Shown piece after piece: positions 28,601 through 35,184 of a DNA stretch of 64,000 nt. The DNA comes from Bryobacterales bacterium. Its GTDB lineage: Bacteria; Acidobacteriota; Terriglobia; Bryobacterales; UBA6623. The DNA lies in assembly GCA_965204095.1 (NCBI GenBank), contig OZ241991.1:806105-870104 (forward strand). The letters run 5' to 3'. How positions within the stretch are numbered: the stretch's first letter is position 1; each line of letters opens with the position of its first letter. Made by a program: the position numbers and the translations under genes. The notes beneath the pieces are model-generated. The model ran no database searches and was not told where the DNA came from. It saw only the letters and a program-made list of their open reading frames with translations.

Positions 28601-28688
28601 GAAAGATCATGCCGATCTGCTCGTTCGATATATGTTCCAACTCACGCCGGCGGAGTTGAGACGGCTGACAGCGGCGGGCGTACAATGA
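25683..28688 (+). CDS. membrane-anchored c-type cytochrome with eight CXXCH motifs (putative octahaem), 1001 aa, N-terminal coiled-coil region
   Basis: Eight CXXCH: CESCH, CSTCH, CHQCH, CWGCH, CLGCH, CAGCH, CVGCH, CLRCH. N-terminal TM helix LLISTLILTFSLVWAIY. About 200 residues rich in E/Q/A/L precede the first haem motif. Confidence 0.85.
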   Translation: MPKPVDTDVDPVVTKSLSVPLLISTLILTFSLVWAIYDEVYVMRPWKIFQADFIEQYSSFLTRLKPRQAAAEAEVKESPEYQALQQELDGAEELAAQRVREIDTVVGRGVTPRLLTARQTFQILKTEIDAITYQIETETSESAKQSLQEDINEIKARVVEVDLASEDGSGEVETVEMQFEALQAEFLRLQERRVALQAERAKVLEPASEIRAERDALLADRLAGLTAQQVDGLISKMENFNIGIKQIHLNDIDWVDRCESCHLGTREPVSINAEDVGGRAEFVSHPSLDLLRIHDPEQFGCSTCHNGNGRATRSVVKGHGRHKFWLWPLWHKENMQAGCHQCHAREVITEQADVLNKGRTLFLNKGCWGCHRFEGFDRESDDLAAVRQQMKIIDDRRNANLKEQRESIAAGDVVEDMDEADALYARADLLSLRNAKLDAEYDALQVEEKSLVLETRKFGPNLKEIKVKLRKEWIPVWLTNPHEFRPGTKMPEFRLLEDEVQKISAYLWQNGIEGELASHPPGDPERGKELFGTRGCLGCHSMGEGDAREGGSFAANLTRVGEKTNYDFLVRWINNPSEVTPDPEADADAPHPIPIMPSLRLSIDEVRDVASYLMTRKTDATYEPADYMDDPAMAEEGMALIRHYGCAGCHEIRGLELEGRIGTELTLEGSKPVERLDFALLTHQAEMEGWYNHKGFFERKLKDPAIYDQGKMRVHLEKLRMPNFHLSDDEINALTTFLLGAVDTNLPAHYRYEPEDDRRYIQEGWWIVRRYNCVGCHQISFSGQSALMSVPLYEDPDWQEQLPPQLYTQGARVQPDWLIRFLDNPALHETDIHRNGIRPYLEARMPTFHFSERQVMKLSRFFMARSSQSMTHVDPGLEPLTAGETALARRLFQSRGAPCLRCHMTGNPSHDRDATAPNFLTASTRLKPDWTYRWMLEPAKIAPGTAMPSELFRKEGDRWVFAGPLPAAFEGYEKDHADLLVRYMFQLTPAELRRLTAAGVQ

Positions 28689-28762
28689 GGAACTCATCCG
28701 GCCGTGCCTGCCCACGCCGCATTTGATCGTAGTTGCAGCATTCAAACAAGGAAGGTGTTCAC

Positions 28763-29539
28763 ATGAGATTTTCAAAATCGGTTTCCGGCGGGATGATGGC
28801 CGGCCTGTTGGTGTTTTCGCTTGCCTGCGGCGGCGGAGATGACGCCGGCGAAGTAGCAGACGCCCCCGAGATGGAGGAAGCCCTGGTAACCGTCGATCCG
28901 GCGAAGGCCGCCACGGTTACCGGCAAGGTCAAGCTTGAGGGCGATGCGCCCAAGATGCCCGCCATCAATATGAGTGCCGAACCGGATTGCAGGGGGCTGC
29001 ATGAGGCGGCGCCTCCGGCGGAAGTCGTTGTGGCGTCCGACGGCATGCTGCAGAACGTTTTTGTCTGGGTCAAGAGCGGCCTTGAGGGAAAGTTCGCCGT
29101 TTCCGAGACAGCGGCCATGCTCGACCAGAAGGGTTGCATCTATAGCCCGCACGTTCTGGCGGTGCAGACCGGGCAGATGTTGAAGATCTCCAACAGCGAT
29201 CCGACGACTCACAACGTGCATCCGCTGCCGAAGACAAACCGCGAGTGGAACAGGTCACAGCCCGCAGAAGGAGCCGATATCGAGTACAAGTTCCCGCGCC
29301 AGGAAATCATGATCGCGGTGAAGTGCAACATCCATCCCTGGATGCGCTCTTACATCAGCGTGGTGAACCATCCGTTCTTCGCGGTCTCGGGAGCCGATGG
29401 CAGCTTCGAGATCAAGGGCCTGCCGGCCGGCAGCTATACCGTCGAAGCCGTTCACGAGAGGTTCGGCTCCCAGGAAATGAGCGTGACTCTGGGTGACGCC
29501 GAGTCCAAGGACATTGAGTTCAGCTACAGCGCAAGCTGA
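28763..29539 (+). CDS. lipoprotein with a cupredoxin (type-1 copper, amicyanin-like ligand spacing) domain and a C-terminal carboxypeptidase-regulatory-like domain
   Basis: Lipobox LVFSLACGG. Ligand candidates THNVH and CNIHPWM (C-x2-H-x2-M). C-terminus GSFEIKGLPAGSYTVEAVHE. AAGGAAGG lies upstream of ATG 28763. Confidence 0.7.
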   Translation: MRFSKSVSGGMMAGLLVFSLACGGGDDAGEVADAPEMEEALVTVDPAKAATVTGKVKLEGDAPKMPAINMSAEPDCRGLHEAAPPAEVVVASDGMLQNVFVWVKSGLEGKFAVSETAAMLDQKGCIYSPHVLAVQTGQMLKISNSDPTTHNVHPLPKTNREWNRSQPAEGADIEYKFPRQEIMIAVKCNIHPWMRSYISVVNHPFFAVSGADGSFEIKGLPAGSYTVEAVHERFGSQEMSVTLGDAESKDIEFSYSAS

Positions 29540-30464
29540 CCGGGAGTACCCGGCGACGCGCGGATTGCATCTCTTCGCGGTCTTCACGGCCGGCGCGACG
29601 TTCCTGCTGATCGTCGCGGGGGCTCTGGTGACGAGCCGCGACGCCGGACTTTCCGTGCCGGACTGGCCCCTGTCGTACGGCCGGCTCATGCCTGAAATGA
29701 TCGGTGGTGTTTTCTACGAGCACGGCCACCGCATGATCGCCGCTTTTGTCGGCTTTCTGACGATCATCCTGGCCGTTTGGACCTGGCGGGCTGATCAGCG
29801 GCGTTGGGTGCGTCATCTTGGCTGGACCGCGCTGGCCGCTGTGATCGCGCAAGGCCTGCTTGGTGGACTCACGGTACTGTTCCTGCTGCCCACCGCCGTG
29901 TCGGTGAGCCACGCTTGCCTGGCTCAGTTGTTCTTCTCGATCACCGTGGTGCTGGGGTTGGTCACGTCGCGGACCTGGTGCGAGCAGGACCGGAGGCTCG
30001 CCGCGCCATGGCCACCCTCCCGGCCGTCGCTGCCGGTGCTTTGCGTCACGACCAATTTCGTGACCTTCGGACAGCTTTTGTTGGGAGCCGCGTTGCGGCA
30101 CAAGGGACTTGGTATCATTTTTCATCTCATCGGCGCCGCGGCGGTTGCGGCGATGGTCTTTTGGGTGCTGGCGCGTGTAGCTCGCGAGCACTCCGGTGAC
30201 GCGGGGATTTTTCCCTGGGCTCTGGCTTTGAACGGACTGGTGATGCTGCAACTGCTCCTCGGAGCCGGCGCTTACTGGATTCGCGAGGTCACCCGCCATG
30301 CCGTGCAGCCGCTCTGGCCGATGGTCGTGATCACGGTCGGACATGTAGCGCTCGGAGCGCTCATCCTGGCCCTCGGCGTAGTGTTGACGTTTCAAGTCCA
30401 TCACCGATTCGGTCGTCAAACCTCGTCTTCGTTCGAGCGCGAGGGAGTGCCCGTAACCACATGA
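29493..30464 (+). CDS. ctaA: haem A synthase (COX15/CtaA)
   Basis: VTSRDAGLSVPDWPLSYG, EHGHRMIA, second-half HxxxA motifs. Start uncertain: GTG 29493 overlaps the upstream gene by 47 nt; TTG 29565 is an alternative. Confidence 0.85.
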   Translation: MTPSPRTLSSATAQADREYPATRGLHLFAVFTAGATFLLIVAGALVTSRDAGLSVPDWPLSYGRLMPEMIGGVFYEHGHRMIAAFVGFLTIILAVWTWRADQRRWVRHLGWTALAAVIAQGLLGGLTVLFLLPTAVSVSHACLAQLFFSITVVLGLVTSRTWCEQDRRLAAPWPPSRPSLPVLCVTTNFVTFGQLLLGAALRHKGLGIIFHLIGAAAVAAMVFWVLARVAREHSGDAGIFPWALALNGLVMLQLLLGAGAYWIREVTRHAVQPLWPMVVITVGHVALGALILALGVVLTFQVHHRFGRQTSSSFEREGVPVTT

Positions 30465-31360
30465 GACCGGACTCCTCGACCGCCCCCGCTGTTCTCGCCG
30501 GCGCACATGCGCTGCTGCTCGACTACTGGGAGCTCACCAAACCGAGCGTTGTCTGGCTAATTCTGATGTCGACGGCCGTCGGTTTCTACATGGGGACATC
30601 CGGCTCGTGGCCTCTCATTCTGTTGGTCCACACCATCATCGGGACCGCCTTGCTGGCCGCAGGCACGGGCGCGCTCAACCAGTGGTGGGAGCGCGAAGCA
30701 GACGCCAAAATGCGCCGCACCGAGAATCGTCCGCTGCCGGCGGGCCGTTTGCGGCCCGGTCCCGCGCTGGTTTTCGGCATTTTCCTCGCCGCCGCCGGTA
30801 CGATCTACCTGTTGGCGGCCGTGAATGTGCTTGCCGCCGTTCTCGGATTTCTGACGCTGGCTTGCTACCTGTGGATCTACACGCCGTTGAAGAGCCGCAC
30901 ACCCGCCGCGACGTTCGTCGGCGCTTTCCCCGGCGCGATGCCTCCGTTGATCGGCTGGGTCGCTGCTCGCTCGAGTATCGGCATCGAAGGCTGGGTGCTC
31001 TTCGCGATGCTCTTCCTGTGGCAGTTCCCGCATTTCTACGCCATTGCATGGATGTACCGTGAAGACTACCAACGAGCCGGCATCCAGATGCTTCCGGTCG
31101 TCGAGCCGGACGGCATCTCGACCGGCCGGCAGGTTGTCTGCTACACCCTCGCTCTGATCCCGGTAAGCCTCGCGCCGACGCTGTTGGGCATGGCCGGCTT
31201 TCTGTACGCCGCTGGGGCTCTCGCGGCGGGCATCATCTACCTCTACTTCGGGATTCTGATGGCTCGGGAAAAGACCCGGTTTCAGGCGCGACGCCTGCTG
31301 CAAGCTTCGGTCTTCTATCTGCCGCTGTTGTACTTTTTCCTCATCGTCGATAAGCTGTAG
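30461..31360 (+). CDS. ctaB: protohaem IX farnesyltransferase (haem O synthase)
   Basis: WELTKPSVVWLIL, ALNQWWEREADAKMRRTENRPLPAGRL. ATGA overlap with ctaA. Confidence 0.9.
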   Translation: MRPDSSTAPAVLAGAHALLLDYWELTKPSVVWLILMSTAVGFYMGTSGSWPLILLVHTIIGTALLAAGTGALNQWWEREADAKMRRTENRPLPAGRLRPGPALVFGIFLAAAGTIYLLAAVNVLAAVLGFLTLACYLWIYTPLKSRTPAATFVGAFPGAMPPLIGWVAARSSIGIEGWVLFAMLFLWQFPHFYAIAWMYREDYQRAGIQMLPVVEPDGISTGRQVVCYTLALIPVSLAPTLLGMAGFLYAAGALAAGIIYLYFGILMAREKTRFQARRLLQASVFYLPLLYFFLIVDKL

Positions 31361-31443
31361 CACGTTGACCTCGCCGGTCTTCCCGGCTTCCAATTCGATT
31401 CGCTGGCCTTGGTTTTGAAGCTGTTCCGCAGTTCGGACCTCTG

Positions 31444-31554
31444 ATGAATCTCGCCGAAATCGCCTTTATTGCACTGGCCTTCGTGATGGCCGTGCTTCCG
31501 CTGCTTGGACGCGCCATTCAGATGGCGCGCAAAAACAGACGCCAACGCGGCTAG
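31444..31554 (+). CDS. candidate 36-aa single-TM peptide
   Basis: MNLAEIAFIALAFVMAVLPLLGRAIQMARKNRRQRG: hydrophobic helix plus basic tail. Below the track length cut-off, no clear SD, unverified. Confidence 0.25.
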   Translation: MNLAEIAFIALAFVMAVLPLLGRAIQMARKNRRQRG

Positions 31555-31613
31555 ACTCAACGGACACGCATCACTACCGGCCTGCCGCACCACGTTGTCA
31601 AGGACCATTCACC

Positions 31614-33227
31614 ATGCCAAAAACATCGTCGATCAAAGACCGTGCCCGGCTGAGCCGCCGGGACATCTTCCGGGGAGGAGGCCTTGCCGCTTCGGGTTTG
31701 CTGGCTGGGACGGCCTCGATGTCCGCCGCCGCAATGCCTGTGTCGCCCAGCGTCTACACGCGGGTCGGCGTCAAACCCTTCATCAACCTGACGGCGGCCG
31801 TCACGATCAACGGCGGCATGCTGACGTTGCCCAACGTGAAGCAAGCGATGGAGGAAGCATCCTACTTTTCCGTCAACCTGGACGAGCTGATGGAAGGCGT
31901 CGGCAAGCGCCTCGCTGAGATTTTCCAATGCGAGGCGGCCCTTGTCACGTCCGGCGCGGCAGGGTCATTGACGCATGCCACCTCGGCTTGCCTCGCCGGG
32001 GGCGATCCCGAACGGATTCAGCAGTTGCCTGATCTGACGGGGCTCCGCACGCAGGTCATCATGCCCCGCGAGTCGCGCAATACGTATGACCATGCGATTC
32101 GAGCCCTCGGCGTGAAGATGATCACCGTCGACACCCGCGAGGAATTTTACCGCGCACTGAGCCGCAACACCGCGATGATTTCCGTGCTCGGCAACGCGGA
32201 ATCGCGGGGGCCGATCCGCCTCGAGGAGTTCGTCGAAGCCGGACACAAGTACGGAGCGCCGGTGGTCGTCGATGCTTCGCCGGAGTGGCCGCAGTCGCCG
32301 GACCCCTACCTGGAGCGCGGCGCTGACCTCGTCGCCTATTCGGGCGGCAAGATCTGCGCCGGCCCACAGTGCAGCGGATTCTTGATTGGCCGCAAAGACC
32401 TCATCCACGCCGCTTGGATGAACAGTTCGCCTCATCACGCTTTCGGCCGCATGATGAAGGTCGGCAAGGAAGAGATCATGGGCGCGTTGGTGGCTGCCGA
32501 GTTCACCTTGAGCCGGCGCAACGTCGAGCACGAACTCGACAAGTGGAACGGCTGGATCAGGCGGATTGACGCCAAGCTCAAGAAGGTTCCCGGGGTGCGG
32601 ACGAAGCACAACCCGCCGCCGGGCAAGAATCCGCATCCCGTTCTCGAGATCGCCTGGGACCCCGAGCGCATCGGCTACACCGCTGGAGAGGTCCACGATG
32701 TCCTGATGGGCAGCGAGCCTCGGGTTCAGACTCACGCGGGGGGCGAGGGCCACAGTTTCGCCATTCGGGTCGGTAACTGCCGCGAGGACCAGATCGATGT
32801 GGTGGCGGACCGCCTCGCGGAGGTCTTCCGCAGTGCGCCCACGCCGAAACCAGAACGCAACATGCCTCCGGCAGCGGATGTCTCCGGCCGTTGGGATGTG
32901 GAGATCAGCTTTGTCCGCGGCTCAGCCCGTCATAGCCTGTACTTCGATGCCGAAGGCGGTCATCTGCGCGGAACGCACATCGGACAACGCGGACAAGGCG
33001 AGCTGGCCGGCTCCATCAATGGCAACCACGTCCGCTTCCGCAGTCGATTGACGTACGACGCCGAGCGCAGCAGTTATCTGTTCGACGGCGAGCTGAAGGG
33101 CGACGAGATTGCCGGCGCTCTCGATCTCGGCGAATACGGCAAGGCCACCTTCAAGGCGTGGCGTCACGCATACGGAAAACCGCGCCGCAAAGACCCTTCC
33201 GTTTCCGGGAAAACAGAGAAAATATAA
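31614..33227 (+). CDS. Tat-signal SelA-like PLP-dependent enzyme, paralog 2
   Basis: SRRDIFRGGGLAASGLLAG; AYSGGKICAGPQCSGFLIG. Same domain order and same C-terminal extension as 9891..11537. Confidence 0.8.
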   Translation: MPKTSSIKDRARLSRRDIFRGGGLAASGLLAGTASMSAAAMPVSPSVYTRVGVKPFINLTAAVTINGGMLTLPNVKQAMEEASYFSVNLDELMEGVGKRLAEIFQCEAALVTSGAAGSLTHATSACLAGGDPERIQQLPDLTGLRTQVIMPRESRNTYDHAIRALGVKMITVDTREEFYRALSRNTAMISVLGNAESRGPIRLEEFVEAGHKYGAPVVVDASPEWPQSPDPYLERGADLVAYSGGKICAGPQCSGFLIGRKDLIHAAWMNSSPHHAFGRMMKVGKEEIMGALVAAEFTLSRRNVEHELDKWNGWIRRIDAKLKKVPGVRTKHNPPPGKNPHPVLEIAWDPERIGYTAGEVHDVLMGSEPRVQTHAGGEGHSFAIRVGNCREDQIDVVADRLAEVFRSAPTPKPERNMPPAADVSGRWDVEISFVRGSARHSLYFDAEGGHLRGTHIGQRGQGELAGSINGNHVRFRSRLTYDAERSSYLFDGELKGDEIAGALDLGEYGKATFKAWRHAYGKPRRKDPSVSGKTEKI

Positions 33228-33321
33228 ACCGCTTGGGGCATCTGCGGTAGCAGAAGTTGCACTCTGACAGCCTTGAACACCTGCAAACTTTTTTGAAAAG
33301 CACCTCGCTGCAATGCCGTAG

Positions 33322-35043
33322 TCAGCGTCTCTGTGACGGTTCCTGGCGAACCGGCCGACGTGAAGGTCCGGATTCCCGGACCTCGGTCCTGCGATCGCAT
33401 TCGATATCCGTCAGGGTTTGAACCGCGCCATGGGGCCAGATGACCTCGAGTTTGCGGATAGACGTCTCTTCCCCAAGGCCGAAGTGGACCCGGATATCGC
33501 TCGCTGAAAGATAGCTGCCCACCGAACCCACAAACGACTCCTGCACGCGGCCCGAGCCGGTCTCGATGCGGATGCGGGCTCCACGGCCTTCGTAACCGCC
33601 TTGCGCCGCGATCAACTGAACGCTGAGCCAATGGTTCGAGGACTCCGTAATATTTTTCAGGACCGCGGCCCGCTCGTTGTTGGCGTTGACGACGATGTCC
33701 ATTCTTCCGTCGTTGTCGAGATCGCCAAACGCGGCGCCGCGTCCCGCAGCCGGTTTGCGGAACGCAGAGCCGGCGTTCTTCGATATATCGAAGAACCGCC
33801 CGAATACGTTCTTCAGCATCAGGAAAGGCTCACGGAAGGCGAGCGCGGGATCGGACCACTCGATGTCATCCATGACGTGGCCTTGTGCAACGAACAGATC
33901 CCGCCAACCATCGTTGTCGAAGTCGACGAGTCCCGCTCCCCAGCCGGAATGCATATCGGTCAGCGGACCCAGCCCGCTTGATCTCGCTGCGCTCCGGAAC
34001 TCTCCGCCACGGTTGCGAAACAGCCAGTAGCTCTGGCGTGCGAGGGCGTTGACGAAGATGTCAGGCTGTCCATCGTTGTCATAGTCGGCGAATGCGACGC
34101 CCATTCCCGCGAAGTCGCGGCCGTCGGCGTCATAGGCAACCCCGGCAGCCACGCCGACCTCCTCGAAGCGCTTGCCGTCGAGGTTGCGGAAGAGCTGTTG
34201 CGGGTATGCATCGTTTGCAACGAAGATGTCGACCCAGCCGTCGCGGTCGTAGTCGCCGAGGGCCACGCCGAGGCCCTTGCCGGGGTAAGCACTGATACCG
34301 GTGGTGCGAGAGACATCCTCGAACTTTCCTTGGCCGGTGTTTCGGAAAAGCAGGTGTTCGATGGGCGCGAAACGTCGCGGATGGCAGTAGGAGCGCCGAT
34401 CGGGAAGGCCGTTGCCGCACGGAATGTTCCTGGAAACGTCCCAGTCCAGGTAGCGCGCCACGAAGAGGTCGAGGTGGCCGTCGCGGTCGTAGTCGACGAA
34501 GGCGGCGCCCGACGACCATCCCCTCCCCCCTACTCCGGCTTCCGCAGTCACGTCAGTGAACGAGCCGGCGCCGTCGTTTTCCAGCAGGATGTTGCGGCCG
34601 AAGTTCGTGACGTACAGGTCGGGGTCGCCGTCGTTGTCGTAGTCTCCGACAGCCGCGCCCATGCCGTAGCCCCGGCCCGCTGCGCTGGCGGCTTCGGTGA
34701 CGTCCTTGAAGCGCCAGTCTCCGAGGTTGCGATAGAGCCGGTTCCAGTAGGCAGGGTCGGTCTTGTCGGGCTCCGTCCCAGCAGGCATGGGGGCATCGAG
34801 CGCGGCTCCGTTCACGAGATAGATATCGAGCAGTCCGTCGCCGTCGTAGTCGAGGAGAGCCACACCCGAGCCCATCGTCTCGATCAGATACTTCTGCGAT
34901 GTTCGTCCGGAACGATGCTTGAAAGAGACGCCGCCCGATTCGGCCACGTCAACAAACCTGGGCGAAACGAGCCCCGGTTGCGCCTGAAGCAGGAGAGTGA
35001 CTCCAAGCACGCCGGCGATCAGTACCGTCCGCAGGATGGGCAT
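33322..35043 (-). CDS. FG-GAP/VCBS repeat protein with ASPIC/UnbV C-terminal domain (CRTAC1-like)
   Basis: ATG 35043 gives MPILRTVLIAGVLGVTLLLQAQ (signal). Repeated DYDGDGxxDxxVxN motifs. C-terminus GARIRIETGSGRVQESFVGSVGSYLSASD. The 877-aa track ORF is an upstream artefact overlapping the divergent gene. Confidence 0.9.
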   Translation of the reverse strand: MPILRTVLIAGVLGVTLLLQAQPGLVSPRFVDVAESGGVSFKHRSGRTSQKYLIETMGSGVALLDYDGDGLLDIYLVNGAALDAPMPAGTEPDKTDPAYWNRLYRNLGDWRFKDVTEAASAAGRGYGMGAAVGDYDNDGDPDLYVTNFGRNILLENDGAGSFTDVTAEAGVGGRGWSSGAAFVDYDRDGHLDLFVARYLDWDVSRNIPCGNGLPDRRSYCHPRRFAPIEHLLFRNTGQGKFEDVSRTTGISAYPGKGLGVALGDYDRDGWVDIFVANDAYPQQLFRNLDGKRFEEVGVAAGVAYDADGRDFAGMGVAFADYDNDGQPDIFVNALARQSYWLFRNRGGEFRSAARSSGLGPLTDMHSGWGAGLVDFDNDGWRDLFVAQGHVMDDIEWSDPALAFREPFLMLKNVFGRFFDISKNAGSAFRKPAAGRGAAFGDLDNDGRMDIVVNANNERAAVLKNITESSNHWLSVQLIAAQGGYEGRGARIRIETGSGRVQESFVGSVGSYLSASDIRVHFGLGEETSIRKLEVIWPHGAVQTLTDIECDRRTEVRESGPSRRPVRQEPSQRR

Positions 35044-35184
35044 CACGATCAAAACCCACCTTAGCGGCAACGAGCAGTGCTGACAATCGCCGGGGCGACG
35101 CTGGCGCCGCGATCGACTTCGCACATTGACGCGAAAAGGATTCGACGCCGTCATGAAGATGATGGATAATAAGGTCCACGGCAA

